Assembly: GCA_963768425.1 (NCBI GenBank)
Contig: CAVYHV010000008.1
Location: forward strand, 1 to 64,000
Source of the DNA: Candidatus Bathyarchaeota archaeon
GTDB lineage: Archaea; Thermoproteota; Bathyarchaeia; Bathyarchaeales; Bathycorpusculaceae
Direction of reading: 5' to 3'
Length of the DNA stretch: 64,000 nt
Shown here: positions 38,863-50,443 of the stretch, one piece after another
Position numbering within the stretch: the first letter of the stretch is position 1
Layout of the letters: every line of letters starts with the position of its first letter
Position numbers and translations under genes: made by a program
The notes under the pieces: model-generated
Seen by the model: only the letters and a program-made list of their open reading frames with translations
What the model was told of the DNA's origin: nothing
Databases searched by the model: none

Positions 38863-39891
38863 TTAGCCGAACCATTTTTCCAGCGTCATTTTTGTCTTCT
38901 GCTTTTTGCTGCCTGCAAGCATCCTGTCGAGGGATTTTCTGACGCGGTCTTCCGAAAATTCTTTCTGCCTCACCATCAAGTCCACGACACCTTCAACATT
39001 TGGTTCGCACCATTTGAGCTTGTAGTTGTCTGTGACTTCTGGATGCAGAAAGACTTGGCGTATGCAGTTTGGCTCAACTGGGAAAGAAGCGTTTTTTATG
39101 TGGGGAAGAGCATTTTCCAGAGACCCATATTGCTTGATGAGTTTGAGGGCGGTTTTTGGTCCGAGCCCTTTTATGCCGTCTGGGTTGAAGTCTGTGCCGA
39201 TGAGTATGCCAACGTCAATGAGCTGCTCATACGTTAAGCCTGTCTCGCTTAGAGTTTTTGATAGCTCCATCACTTCAGGCACAACCTCGATGTAGGCGTT
39301 GCCGCGTTTACGTCTGCCGGAAATCGTGATGTTCCGCAGCATTCTTGGCGCTCCGAAAAGCAAGCTGTCATAGTCCTGGCTTGCACAGTAATCCGCCTCG
39401 CCTTTCTTTGTCATATGGGCAGCTTGGGCTTCTCCTTCGCTTGGCGCATTTATCCACGGCAAACCCATCATCTCCAAAAGCTTGCGGCTGTCCTCCTGCA
39501 TGTAGTCTTTCATGCTTGTCGCTGCCTGAGCAAACATCCGCATCTTCTCCGTGTCGCCTTTCGCTGCCGCCTTCTCGTAGCTTGCGATGGCTTGAACCTT
39601 AACCTGTTTGCGCCGTTCGATTTCAGCCGCTTTCAAAGTCGGAGGAATCCCATCGAAAACGTAGATCGGCTTCAGTCCCATTTCTACAAGGTTACTGGTG
39701 CGGTAGAAAAGGCCGCTTAGATGGCTGGTGATGTGTCCCGTGCTGTCTTTGAGCGGGGTTCCGTCGGGTTGGCGGATGATGCTGAGAAACTGGTAGATGG
39801 CGTTGTAAGCGTCTATGGCGATTATTTTGCCGCTTAAGTCTTCAAGTTTAATTGGGGTTTTCGGTACAAGGTCTTTGAAGTCTACGCCCAA
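38863..39891 (-). CDS. fen: Flap endonuclease 1
   Basis: DAYNAIYQFL, VFDG, APSEGEAQ, SQDYD, GTDFN, PIP-box-like TLEKWF. Confidence 0.97.
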   Translation of the reverse strand: MGVDFKDLVPKTPIKLEDLSGKIIAIDAYNAIYQFLSIIRQPDGTPLKDSTGHITSHLSGLFYRTSNLVEMGLKPIYVFDGIPPTLKAAEIERRKQVKVQAIASYEKAAAKGDTEKMRMFAQAATSMKDYMQEDSRKLLEMMGLPWINAPSEGEAQAAHMTKKGEADYCASQDYDSLLFGAPRMLRNITISGRRKRGNAYIEVVPEVMELSKTLSETGLTYEQLIDVGILIGTDFNPDGIKGLGPKTALKLIKQYGSLENALPHIKNASFPVEPNCIRQVFLHPEVTDNYKLKWCEPNVEGVVDLMVRQKEFSEDRVRKSLDRMLAGSKKQKTKMTLEKWFG

Positions 39892-40128
39892 AATTCATCA
39901 CGGAAAACAAATAGGAAAAAGCTTTCTTAATAAACTTGCGAATTGGTCCTTGAACACAAATTCAAGGGTTCAAAATGTTTATTCAAAAAATGAGTTTGTT
40001 TAGGGTACCTTGCCTATGTTCTTGACAACCAGCTTATTTGTCGCGAGGATTACCAATACAATCTGCCCGTCTATAAACGTCACGAGGAAGGTTGGTTAAA
40101 GTTATTTAGTAAGTTGTGTCGTTAAGAA

Positions 40129-40231
40129 AGGACCAGGCAAACTGGACGGTTGCGGGGGAGCCGTTGGTCTGTTATGAGTTTGCCGGGGCAACATGGGCGA
40201 TCACTATTGGAGATAGACTAAAGTTGTTGCT
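40129..40231 (+). ncRNA. Candidate small structured RNA in the fen-DUF1610 intergenic region
   Basis: Stems 40136-40143/40177-40184, 40145-40151/40159-40165 and 40187-40193/40225-40231, with G-U pairs. Confidence 0.3.
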
Positions 40232-40462
40232 ATACTCAAAGATTTCTTCTTAAGCGTTTTATGCGTCTGATTATAAATCGAAGGTTTTTCAGTTGCAACC
40301 TCGTGATTTCTGTTGCGAATAAATTGAATTGCGAAAGAACGGAAAATAAACTTGGTGTTTTCAAGTTTCAAATCCGTAAGTGAATAGGCTGGTTATGGGG
40401 ATCCGTTGAGCATAGCAGATATAAGGAACCCTTACAATTTAAAACCGCAAGAGATGTCGGTT

Positions 40463-40650
40463 ATGACAGAAAGACAAACAGCACTTCCTTAGTCACCTGC
40501 ACAAGCTGCGGCAAACCTATCCCACCTGGCAGTGAATCAACAAAGTTCCTCTGCCCAAACTGCGGAGAAATCCAAATTAAACGCGACGGAAAATGCCGCA
40601 AGTTCGGACGCCTCTACAAGTGCCCAAAATGCGGTTTCACCGGACCATAA
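40463..40650 (+). CDS. Small zinc-ribbon protein (DUF1610/HVO_2753-like), frameshift near the start
   Basis: CTSCG...FLCPNCGE...KCRK...YKCPKCGFTGP*; usual position upstream of EF-1beta. Confidence 0.9.
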
Positions 40651-40664
40651 AAGGCGATTAGGCT

Positions 40665-40940
40665 ATGGGCAGCGTCATAGTAACATACAAGGTTTTCCCG
40701 GAAGACATAGTGCCAAGCTTTGACGCCTTGAAAAAGGCGATTGAAGGAATTACACCCCAGTTCGCGTCCATTGAAGGATGGGGCGAGGAACCAGTAGCTT
40801 TCGGGCTTGTGGCACTTCTCGTTCAACTAAAGTTTCCAGAGGACAAGACAGGAATCGTTGACGAATTCGAGGAAAAACTCGGGAAGTTGCCTGGAGTAAG
40901 CCAAGCGCAAACGATGTTTTTGCGTCGAAGTAGCAGATAA
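40665..40940 (+). CDS. ef1b: Translation elongation factor 1-beta
   Basis: YKVFPED, EEPVAFGLVAL, GVSQAQ. Confidence 0.93.
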   Translation: MGSVIVTYKVFPEDIVPSFDALKKAIEGITPQFASIEGWGEEPVAFGLVALLVQLKFPEDKTGIVDEFEEKLGKLPGVSQAQTMFLRRSSR

Positions 40941-41095
40941 ATCCGCCAAGCGATCAATTCAGGCAAAAATCTAACAATTCTTCCTCTCAGTTTTCACCTG
41001 AAAGTCTCAAGCGTTACGCTTGAAAGTTTATATAGGTATGAATGTTCTTTTCCCCTCATACCCTTAAGAGCACCAGATTATTTGGAGGATTCTGT

Positions 41096-43300
41096 TTGAG
41101 TGAAATTCAACTGCGCGTTGGAGATGCACGACAAAGAGACGTGGGCAGAGGAATCGCCCGCATAGACCAGCGAACCATGCAGAAATTAGGCATAAGTGCT
41201 GGCGACGTAATAGAAATAATAAATAAACGTACAACCTCGGCTATCGCTTGGCCAGCTTACAGCGAAGACCAGAACCGCGACATCATCCGAATCGATGGTT
41301 TCACACGTAAGAACAGCGGCGTAGCCATAAACGAGTATGTTGTGGTACGTCCTGCAAAAGTTAAGACGGCTTTGAGCCTAACTCTTGCACCAGTGGACAT
41401 GCGTCTTAATGTTGATGAAGATTTTACTAACTTCGTAAAGAACCGTCTTATGGAACGTACCCTTGTTGAAGGCGACACAACCCTTGTTATGATGCTGGGG
41501 CACGCCATCCCGTTCACAGTTTCAAAAACGCGTCCACACGGCATAATAAAAGTTACAACCGAAACCCACTTAACTATTTTGAATGAGCCAGCACCCGAAG
41601 GCAAAGGGCTGCCCAGAACCACTTACGAGGACATAGGCGGGTTACATGAAGAAATCCAGCGAGTCCGTGAAATGGTCGAGTTGCCGCTCAGACATCCGGA
41701 ACTTTTCCAGCGACTAGGCATAGAGCCCCCAAAAGGAGTGTTGCTTCATGGTCCACCTGGCTGCGGCAAAACATTGCTTGCCCGAGCGGTCGCCAACGAG
41801 TCCGAAGCAAACTTCTACTCTATCAACGGTCCCGAAATCATGAGTAAATTCTACGGCGAATCTGAAGCGCGTCTGCGAGAGATTTTCCAGCAAGCCCAGC
41901 AGAATGCCCCAAGCATAATATTCGTCGATGAACTTGACGCGATTGCCCCTAAACGGGAAGAAGTCACAGGCGAAGTTGAAAGACGCGTCGTCGCGCAACT
42001 TCTTGCTTTGATGGATGGCTTAAGCGGAAGAGGAAACGTTATAGTGATCGGCGCAACTAACCGCCCAGGGGCACTTGACCCCGCCCTACGCAGACCCGGA
42101 AGGTTTGACAGGGAAATAGAAATCAGCGTGCCCGATAAGCGGGGAAGACACGAGGTCTTGCAGATTCATACCAGAGGCATGCCTCTTCACGGACTTGAAA
42201 AAACTGAGGGAGAAAAATCTGATCAAGACGTTGACCTCAAAAAACTCGCTGACATGACCCATGGCTACACGGGAGCTGACCTTTCGGCTTTGAGTAGAGA
42301 AACAGCCATGAAAGCGCTCCGCAGATACCTACCGCAAATTAATCTTGAAGAAGAACGCATTCCACCCGCTGTACTGGAAAAGATGGAGGTCACAATGGAC
42401 GACTTCTTAGGAGCATACAAGGAAGTTACGCCTACCGCAATGCGCGAGGTCTACATTGAAGTTGCGACGGTGCATTGGACCGACATAGGCGGGTTAGACA
42501 CCGTCAAAGAGCACCTCAAAGAATCCGTCGAATGGCCAATCAAAAACCCAGAAATCTTCACCCGACTGGGAATAAGAGCACCAAAAGGCATCCTGCTTTT
42601 CGGCCCGCCTGGCTGCGGTAAAACCCTGCTTGCACGTGCCGTCGCCACGGAGAGCGAAGCAAACTTCATATCCATAAAAGGACCCGAAGTTTTCAGCAAA
42701 TGGCTTGGCGAATCAGAAAAAGCAATCCGGGAGGTCTTCCGCAAAGCCCGCATGGCAGCACCTTCAGTAATATTCTTAGACGAAATCGATTCCCTTACTC
42801 CTAGACGTGACTCAGGCATGTCTGACAGCGGCGCTTTCGAACGGGTGATAAGCCAATTACTGACAGAGATGGATGGCATAACAACCCTGCAAGACATCGT
42901 AATCATCGCCGCAACAAACCGCCCGCACATGGTCGACCCCGCGGTGCTTCGCCCAGGTAGATTTGACCGTTTGATCTATGTGCCTGAACCCGACGAAAAG
43001 AGCCGCCTCCAAATATTTAAATTGTACACGAAGAGCATGCCGATTTGCAGCGACGTTGATTTGAACGTGTTGACGACAGCGACAAAATACTATTCTGGTG
43101 CTGACATCGAATCCTTGTGCAGAGAAGCCGCAATGCACGCGTTGCGCCGCGATATTAATTCACGCGAAGTCACGATGAACGATTTCCAGGACGCCCTCAA
43201 AGAGATGGGTCCGTCAATTACGCCTGACATGGAGAAATGGTACAAGAGCTTCAATCAGCAGTTCCGACAAGTACAAAAGCCAGGAACACCCGTTGCTTAG
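41096..43300 (+). CDS. cdc48: CDC48/VAT AAA+ ATPase
   Basis: N-domain [11 protein letters not shown]; two AAA modules GPPGCGKT with DELD/DEID and RPGRFDR; TTG start after GGAGG. Confidence 0.97.
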   Translation: MSEIQLRVGDARQRDVGRGIARIDQRTMQKLGISAGDVIEIINKRTTSAIAWPAYSEDQNRDIIRIDGFTRKNSGVAINEYVVVRPAKVKTALSLTLAPVDMRLNVDEDFTNFVKNRLMERTLVEGDTTLVMMLGHAIPFTVSKTRPHGIIKVTTETHLTILNEPAPEGKGLPRTTYEDIGGLHEEIQRVREMVELPLRHPELFQRLGIEPPKGVLLHGPPGCGKTLLARAVANESEANFYSINGPEIMSKFYGESEARLREIFQQAQQNAPSIIFVDELDAIAPKREEVTGEVERRVVAQLLALMDGLSGRGNVIVIGATNRPGALDPALRRPGRFDREIEISVPDKRGRHEVLQIHTRGMPLHGLEKTEGEKSDQDVDLKKLADMTHGYTGADLSALSRETAMKALRRYLPQINLEEERIPPAVLEKMEVTMDDFLGAYKEVTPTAMREVYIEVATVHWTDIGGLDTVKEHLKESVEWPIKNPEIFTRLGIRAPKGILLFGPPGCGKTLLARAVATESEANFISIKGPEVFSKWLGESEKAIREVFRKARMAAPSVIFLDEIDSLTPRRDSGMSDSGAFERVISQLLTEMDGITTLQDIVIIAATNRPHMVDPAVLRPGRFDRLIYVPEPDEKSRLQIFKLYTKSMPICSDVDLNVLTTATKYYSGADIESLCREAAMHALRRDINSREVTMNDFQDALKEMGPSITPDMEKWYKSFNQQFRQVQKPGTPVA

Positions 43301-43311
43301 AAGGAAAACGA

Positions 43312-43542
43312 ATGCCTCAAATGAAAACTTGGAAAACTCGGCCAGACTACTTTGTAGTTTTGGAAATTCTGAAAAAAAAGGGCGACATGACCGACGATGA
43401 CTTGTTCACTGCGCTTAGAGGAGAATTCGAAGATTTAGGCTTCAAAGACTTCAACGGAGTGCTACTTAACTTGGAAGTGAGCGGCAAAATTCGCACTTCA
43501 TCCTTAGCCCGTGGAAAACGTCGAGTAGAGCTAGTCCAATAA
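43312..43542 (+). CDS. Small winged-helix protein
   Basis: 76 aa, VLEILKKKGDMTDDDLF...FNGVLLNLEVSGKI. Confidence 0.75.
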   Translation: MPQMKTWKTRPDYFVVLEILKKKGDMTDDDLFTALRGEFEDLGFKDFNGVLLNLEVSGKIRTSSLARGKRRVELVQ

Positions 43543-43546
43543 CAAA

Positions 43547-44797
43547 GTGACGATGACCCAGCACAAAACCCAGCAGACAGAGCTCAGAGCCATAATAATC
43601 GGAGGCGGACCTGTCGGCTCCTACGCAGCTTTAAACTTAGCCAGAGCTGGCATTAACACCTCAGTTTTTGAAGAACACCCCCAAATCGGATTCCCATCTC
43701 ACTGCGCCGGGCACCTGAGCATCCGAAACCTAAAGGGAATGGGGTTATACCCGCTTCCCAGTGGAATAGTGGAGAACACTTTTAGCACAGCTAACTTTTA
43801 TTCGCCAAAAGGAACCAAATTTTCAATTCATTTATCCAGCCCAGTGACAGTAGTCTTGAACAGGGCACGGTTCGACCAGTATCTAGCTAAGCGAGCCCAA
43901 GATGCAGGTGCACGCATTTTCCTGGACACCAGTGTCCAATCGCTTGTCATCAAAGATGGCTTCGTTCAGGGCGTCAACATACAAAAGAAAAATGGGGAGC
44001 AGTCTCAAGTTGCCTCTGAGGTGACTGTGGATGCGGAAGGGGTTTCCTCCAGGCTTTTGAGGCAAGCAGGGTTGAAAGCGTTGAAGCCTAAAGGTCTGGT
44101 TTACTCAGTTGAAGCTGAAGTAGAAAACGTGGCTGACGTTGAAAACGGCTCTGTTGAAGTTTTCTTGGGCAAAGCGTATTCGTCTGGATTTTATGGGTGG
44201 CTAATACCGAGAGCAGATGGTTCGGCAAAGGTTGGTTTGGCAACTAATTCAGGCAACCCCAGAGAATGCCTTGAAAAGCTCAGGACGAAGCATCCCGTGG
44301 CATCTAAACAGCTGAGTAACGCAAAAATAATCAAGGTTAGCTACCATGCTATTTCTTTGGGCGGTCCAATAGAGAAGACTTACACGGATGGGTTTCTCGC
44401 TGCTGGTGACTGCGCGTCACAGGTTAAGCCTTCCACCGGCGGTGGAGTAATCTTCGGGTTGACATGTGCGAAAATCGCTGCGGAAACCGCCAGCCAAGCC
44501 ATCTTCGGCGGAGACGTTTCAAGTGATGCGTTGCAGGTTTATCAGAAGCGTTGTTCTGACCTTTTGGGTTTCGACTTCAACGTTATGCTTAGGCTCAGAA
44601 GGTTCCTTAACTCTTTATCTGACGAGAAACTCGATGAAATGCTTCGAGTCTGCGGCAAACTAGGCGTAGATAAAGCTTTGCGGAATGAGGATGAAATTGA
44701 TTTTCAAGGAAAAATGTTGCTTAAAGCCCTTGCGAAGCCTTCCATGGTGGCAATTGTCGCTTATTTTGCGTTGCTTTACTTGTCTGCAAACCCTTAA
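43547..44797 (+). CDS. Geranylgeranyl reductase family flavoprotein
   Basis: GGGPVGS, PSHCAG, RARFD, DAEG, YGWLIP, GDCASQVKPSTGGG. Confidence 0.9.
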   Translation: MTMTQHKTQQTELRAIIIGGGPVGSYAALNLARAGINTSVFEEHPQIGFPSHCAGHLSIRNLKGMGLYPLPSGIVENTFSTANFYSPKGTKFSIHLSSPVTVVLNRARFDQYLAKRAQDAGARIFLDTSVQSLVIKDGFVQGVNIQKKNGEQSQVASEVTVDAEGVSSRLLRQAGLKALKPKGLVYSVEAEVENVADVENGSVEVFLGKAYSSGFYGWLIPRADGSAKVGLATNSGNPRECLEKLRTKHPVASKQLSNAKIIKVSYHAISLGGPIEKTYTDGFLAAGDCASQVKPSTGGGVIFGLTCAKIAAETASQAIFGGDVSSDALQVYQKRCSDLLGFDFNVMLRLRRFLNSLSDEKLDEMLRVCGKLGVDKALRNEDEIDFQGKMLLKALAKPSMVAIVAYFALLYLSANP

Positions 44798-44833
44798 AAT
44801 CTCGGTTGCCAAAGATAGAAGCGGGAAAATGCA

Positions 44834-45196
44834 ATGGGTGAATTTGAGTACAAGCAGGTCCTCGTTTTCCGCACGGATTTGAAGATGAGCAAGGGCAAAA
44901 TCGCTGCACAAGCTGGGCACGCTGCGATTTGCGCGGCGCAAGCTGCTCATGAACAGCATAAAAAGTGGTGGGAAGCCTGGATGTATGAGGGAATGCGGAA
45001 AATCGCCGTTAAGGTTCAAGGAGAGAAAGAACTTAGCGAGTTGGAAGAGGCTGCGGATGAGATGGGTTTGCCCCATGCCTTAATCGTTGACAGAGGCTTA
45101 ACTGAGGTTCCCGCAGGCACAGTTACGTGCCTTGGGATTGGTCCTGCCCCGAATAATTTGATTGACAAGTTAACCCGTAATCTTCAACTGCTTTAG
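44834..45196 (+). CDS. pth2: Peptidyl-tRNA hydrolase Pth2
   Basis: RTDLKMSKGKIAAQAGHA, DRGLTEV..GTVTCLGIGP. Confidence 0.97.
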   Translation: MGEFEYKQVLVFRTDLKMSKGKIAAQAGHAAICAAQAAHEQHKKWWEAWMYEGMRKIAVKVQGEKELSELEEAADEMGLPHALIVDRGLTEVPAGTVTCLGIGPAPNNLIDKLTRNLQLL

Positions 45197-45205
45197 GCGA
45201 GCAGT

Positions 45206-46576
45206 TTGTCTGTTTCTTCTATTGACAAAGAGCTCGGCATCGAAGTTTATTTGACCAAAGGCTCCGGCGTAGGCGGCGTCATCCGTGAAGGCATTGAGGA
45301 TTTTGTTGTTGAGGAATTTCTTGTTGACGGCTCAAAGGCGAACGTAAACGAGTTTGTTCCTCGCAAAGTTTTGGGTTCCAATCTTGAACGACAACGCTTT
45401 TTGCTTTGCGTTCTAGTCAAGCGCAATTGGGACACTTTTATAGCCGTCAAAAACGTTGCAAGGCAGCTTGGCATAGATCAGAGTCGCATCCAGATTGCAG
45501 GCATCAAAGACGCCAAAGCCGTCACGGCACAACACATAACAGTGGATGGAGGCTTGCTGGAGGAAGCTTCAAAAGTTAACTTAAAAGACATCCAAATCAA
45601 CCCAATCGGTTACGTGCGCGAGGCGCTTTCTACTTATTATCTGCTCGGCAACAGCTTCAAAATAAAAATCAAAGCCATCGACCACCAGAAATCAACCGTT
45701 GAAACGCAAATAGCTCAAGCAATCGGCGAAATCGAAGCGGTAAGCGGTATCCCAAACTTTTTTGGGCACCAACGATTTGGAACAACCCGACCAATAACGC
45801 ATCTCGTTGGAAAAGCCATTACCCGGGGCGATTTCAAGGAAGCCGCGATGCTTTTTTTAGCTAAACCCAGTGCTCATGAACATCCTTCTTCGAGGCAGGC
45901 ACGTCGGGAGCTTCAAGAAACAGGCGATTTTAAGCGGGCGCTTGGAAATTTTCCGCGTCAGCTTCGTTTTGAACGTTTGATGCTGAGCCACTTGGCAGAT
46001 AATGTGGAGGATTTTGTTGGTGCCTTCCAACGGTTGCCCATTAAGCTTCAGGAGCTGTTTGTTCAGGCGCATCAGTCTTACCTGTTTAACCGCTTCCTTA
46101 GCCAGCGGCTTGTGCAGGGTTACGCTTTGAATAGGGCTGAGGTTGGTGACTACGTAGTTGGGGTCGAACGTTCAGGGTTGCCTTTGACGAAGATTTCAAA
46201 AATTGTGACGGCAGAAACTGAGGTTGGGGTCAATGAGCAAATTAAAGCTGGCAAGATGCGGGTTGCTTTGCCTATTTTTGGAGTACGGCAGAAGTTATCC
46301 GAAGGAGTTATGGGAGAGATAGAGCAAGATATTCTTAAACAGGAAAAAAGCACTCTTGAAGAAGTGCGAGTTAACCCTCTGTCAATTGTAGGAGGAAAAG
46401 GCGGTTTAAGAACGGCAGCTACTCCAATCCGGGACTTCAAATTCCAAGTTTCAGAAGACCCTATGGGAAGGGGCTGCCAAGCTGAGTTAAGCTTCACCCT
46501 GCTTAGAGGCAGCTATGCAACGGTACTTCTCAGAGAGCTAATGAAGCCGCTCGACCCAATATCAGCGGGTTTCTAA
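45206..46576 (+). CDS. truD: tRNA pseudouridine13 synthase
   Basis: EDFVVEE, AGIKDAKAVTAQ, GNSF, PNFFGHQRFG, RGSYATVLLRE. Confidence 0.96.
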   Translation: MSVSSIDKELGIEVYLTKGSGVGGVIREGIEDFVVEEFLVDGSKANVNEFVPRKVLGSNLERQRFLLCVLVKRNWDTFIAVKNVARQLGIDQSRIQIAGIKDAKAVTAQHITVDGGLLEEASKVNLKDIQINPIGYVREALSTYYLLGNSFKIKIKAIDHQKSTVETQIAQAIGEIEAVSGIPNFFGHQRFGTTRPITHLVGKAITRGDFKEAAMLFLAKPSAHEHPSSRQARRELQETGDFKRALGNFPRQLRFERLMLSHLADNVEDFVGAFQRLPIKLQELFVQAHQSYLFNRFLSQRLVQGYALNRAEVGDYVVGVERSGLPLTKISKIVTAETEVGVNEQIKAGKMRVALPIFGVRQKLSEGVMGEIEQDILKQEKSTLEEVRVNPLSIVGGKGGLRTAATPIRDFKFQVSEDPMGRGCQAELSFTLLRGSYATVLLRELMKPLDPISAGF

Positions 46577-46586
46577 CGCAGCCTTT

Positions 46587-47069
46587 TTACTCGACGAACA
46601 TGACAGATGGTTCGTTCTTCAAAAGATGCTGAGCGAATATTTCTGCTTGTTTTAGGTCGTCTTCGTTTGGTCGACCTTTGTTTATGCCGCCTGCGATTTT
46701 AAGTAAACCATAAGTGTCGAATGCGGCGCAATTAAGCTCTCCGATGACCATGTAACCTTTGGATTCAAGTTTCTCCTTGAGGGTCTTGTGGAATTTAGCC
46801 GCGGCTTTACCTGCTCTTCCACTGGTGGAAAAAATGAATGCTTTCTTGTCTGTAACTTTTGGGATTTTGTCTGCAAGTTCAAGAATGGGTTTGCCAAGTT
46901 TCCCAAAGTAAACCCCTGAGCCGAAGCCCACAAGCTCAAAGCTTGTAAGGGTATTTGGGTCAGTTTGCTCGGGAGTTTTTATTTCTGCTCCAATAACCTT
47001 GGCGATTACTTGGGCGATTTTCTCAGTGTTTTTATGGTGATACGAAAATAAAACTATAACTGAGTTCAT
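46587..47069 (-). CDS. Flavodoxin family protein
   Basis: SYHHKNTEKIA, GFGSGVY, FIFSTSG, GGINKGRP. Confidence 0.9.
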   Translation of the reverse strand: MNSVIVLFSYHHKNTEKIAQVIAKVIGAEIKTPEQTDPNTLTSFELVGFGSGVYFGKLGKPILELADKIPKVTDKKAFIFSTSGRAGKAAAKFHKTLKEKLESKGYMVIGELNCAAFDTYGLLKIAGGINKGRPNEDDLKQAEIFAQHLLKNEPSVMFVE

Positions 47070-47178
47070 TTGGATACACAACCTGATTGTAGTGGAGTTA
47101 CCCTTATTTTAGCGCTTTGGTAGCTGGAAAAAGTTGATAAGCAACCGCCAAGTTCTTTCCTTTAGGAAGCTCATTTTT

Positions 47179-47737
47179 ATGGGAAATGAACCGTCGCGAC
47201 AATGCGTTATTCCACTCCATAAGCCAAGCCGAAGAGAGTTATGTTCTTTTTCATTTCCGGCATACTTGTAAGCGTCCCTATGGCTTTGTTCTTCTCAAAT
47301 GTTTACCCTTACGTTCCAGTTCTCATTATCTGTCGCGTTTTCGCGCCTTTAGTTGAAGAATTGGCAAAAGTTTTCCCGCTGTTTTACAGGCACGGCGAAA
47401 CCGAGAGATCCATAGTGACTTTGGGCGTTTTGATCGGGCTTGGCTTTGGGATTTCCGAATTTTTCCTTTACGTAGTTCTTTTTGCACGTTCCTCCAATTG
47501 TGAGGGTTCCCGGTGTTATTTTCCATGCGTCAAGCGCAGGCATAACAGCTTACGGCATAGCTAAAAAGAACCCGCTGCCCTACTATCTCATATCTGTGTT
47601 GCTTCATGTGACAAACAATTTCTTTGCTTTAACAGCATGCGGTCAGGCATATTTGTGGAGTTGCTGGTTTTGTTGTTGCATATCTTCTTGCTTGGCGCTT
47701 TTACCATAGCGCTTCAACAGAAAAAATAGTTGTATAG
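47179..47737 (+). CDS. PrsW-family intramembrane metalloprotease (frameshifted)
   Basis: APLVEELAKV, GLGFGISE, FH, LLHVTNN motifs spread across frames. Confidence 0.8.
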
Positions 47738-47739
47738 CC

Positions 47740-48276
<537 letters not shown>

Positions 48277-48332
48277 CGCCATTTCAGGTTAAGCCCACAC
48301 GCTTTTATGATTTGCGCCTAAAAATCCTGAGC

Positions 48333-48916
48333 TTAAACCAGATTCTTCAGAACATATTCAACTGGAAAAACCGTAAGGGATCCACCGTCGACCTGAATTT
48401 GCTTCGAAGTTGAAAAACCTCTTTTCTCCCGACTCAAAAGTTCAACCTTAACTCTTAAGCCTCCGCCGTATCCGCCTAGCTGAGGTCCGTCTTGACGACT
48501 CTGTGACAGGGAACGATGGGTGCAAAGGGGTTTGAAGCCATGACATTTCCCACGACTCTCGGGCTGCCACCTACTACTTTAGCGATTGCGCCGTAAGATG
48601 CGACGTAGCCAAGGGGAATCTGCAGCGTTGCCTTTAAGACCTTTTGAGTATACGCTGGAAGAGCAGCATAATCTAAGGGCAAGGGTTCGTCAACGCCTAG
48701 TCCATCATAGATTTTTTTAATACAGACAGAGGCAGTTTGCGCGAAGTCTGAAGGTTTTACGAAGACTTGGAAAGGCTTTTGGTAGGGAATGCTTGCCAGC
48801 ACGTTGCTCAAGGTTTTTTGTTGCGTTGGGCTGAAGGATGATGCGACAATTTGCAGTTGATCACAGGCTACTCCGAACCAAATACCGTCAAGATTTAGGA
48901 CGTGAACTTCTATCAT
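48333..48916 (-). CDS. ogt: Methylated-DNA-protein-cysteine methyltransferase (frameshift near 48478)
   Basis: IPLGYVASYG, NPFAPIVPCHRVV, then LGGYGGGLRVKVELL in the next frame. Confidence 0.92.
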
Positions 48917-49039
48917 TAATTTCCACTTTGTTCCGTTCTTCATCGCTTCCTCGGATACTATACCGCGGATAACAAGATTAATGGATATAAGTAACCTTAA
49001 TAATTTGTCTTGTGTATAAACATCGAAAAGGCGAAAATT

Positions 49040-49732
49040 ATGGAAGGTTACGGACCACAACTACCTGAAATCCCGCAAATTCCGCAGTACCCGCAAATGC
49101 AACAGGACCAACAGCAGCAACAAGCTCAGCAAGGCGGACTTGCTTGGATGCCAGGCGCCACTACAGTAGGTGTTGTCTTCAAGGATGGCGTACTCTTAGC
49201 CGCTGAAAAAAGAGTAACTTATGGTTACTTCGTCATGAGCAAAGGCGGCAAGAAAGTTTTCAAAGTAACAGATCGAATCGGCGTTGCCTGCGCAGGGCTC
49301 GTCGGCGACATGCAGATTTTAGCAAAAGAAATGGAGGCGCAAGCCAACCTTTTCGGCATGGACACAGGCAGAAAAATCACTGTGCGTGCAGCAGCCAAAC
49401 TATTGGCGAACGTGCTTTTCAATCGTCGTTACGCTCCGCTTTTCACCCAAACGATCGTCGGCGGCTTAGACGAGGATGGCCCAGCGCTTTTTGTGCTTGA
49501 TGTTTTGGGTTCACTTATACCTGACAAATACGCAGTTGTAGGCACAGGAACAGAAATCGCTATAGGAGTTATCGAAGACGCCTACAAAGAAACCATGACC
49601 GCAGAAGAAACAAAAGAACTTGTAACGCGAGCAATAAAATCAGCAATCAGCAGAGACTCAATGAGCGGCGATGGCATAGACTTTCTCATCATAACCAAAG
49701 ATGGCATCAAAGAAGAATCCATAAAGTTCTAA
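49040..49732 (+). CDS. psmB: Proteasome beta subunit (probably non-catalytic paralog)
   Basis: TTVGVVFKDGVLLAAEKR, GLVGDMQ, SAISRDSMSGDG; GATT instead of GTTT. Confidence 0.93.
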   Translation: MEGYGPQLPEIPQIPQYPQMQQDQQQQQAQQGGLAWMPGATTVGVVFKDGVLLAAEKRVTYGYFVMSKGGKKVFKVTDRIGVACAGLVGDMQILAKEMEAQANLFGMDTGRKITVRAAAKLLANVLFNRRYAPLFTQTIVGGLDEDGPALFVLDVLGSLIPDKYAVVGTGTEIAIGVIEDAYKETMTAEETKELVTRAIKSAISRDSMSGDGIDFLIITKDGIKEESIKF

Positions 49733-49812
49733 ACCAACTTTTTTCATCCTTAAACATATTTTTCGTTATTCAGCGGCACCTACAGGGTGCCCTGGCTTGG
49801 AAGTGATGAATT

Positions 49813-50436
49813 ATGTCGTTTGAACTTAGCATAGATGAAGGAAAATTCTTAATCAACCTAGCAAGAAACACAGTTAAGGAATATCTTGAAAACGGCAAAA
49901 CTTTGAAACCCCCAAAAGACACTCCGAAAAAGATGTTTGAACTCTGCGGGGTCTTCGTCACAATAAATAGCATCAAAAACGGCGAGAAGGAGCTTCGCGG
50001 CTGCATCGGCTATCCTTATCCGACCAGTCCCCTTGTGGAAGCAGTCATCGATTCCGCCATTAACGCCGCAACAGAGGACCCAAGGTTCTGCCCGATCAGC
50101 ATTGACGAGTTACTCACGGTTGTTTTCGAGGTAAGCGTGTTAACCCCGCCGGAACCCGTTGAAGTGGATAACCCTAAGGAGTACATAAAAAAGATTAAGG
50201 TTGGCGAAGACGGACTCATCGTTGGAAGAGGACCTTACAAAGGCTTGCTTCTCCCCCAGGTGCCAGTTGAGTGGGGATGGTGTGAAGAAGAATTTTTGTG
50301 TCAATGCTGCGTGAAAGCAGGGCTCCCGCCTGACAGCTGGCTAACAAAAGATGCTAAAATCTACAAGTTTCGAGCCATCATTTTCGCGGAAGAGATGCCG
50401 CTCGGAGAAGTTAAACGTTTAACCCTCAGAAAATAG
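49813..50436 (+). CDS. AMMECR1-domain protein
   Basis: GVFVT, LRGCIG, DPRF, EVSVLT, GLLLPQV, CVKAG. Confidence 0.95.
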   Translation: MSFELSIDEGKFLINLARNTVKEYLENGKTLKPPKDTPKKMFELCGVFVTINSIKNGEKELRGCIGYPYPTSPLVEAVIDSAINAATEDPRFCPISIDELLTVVFEVSVLTPPEPVEVDNPKEYIKKIKVGEDGLIVGRGPYKGLLLPQVPVEWGWCEEEFLCQCCVKAGLPPDSWLTKDAKIYKFRAIIFAEEMPLGEVKRLTLRK

Positions 50437-50443
50437 CGGATGG

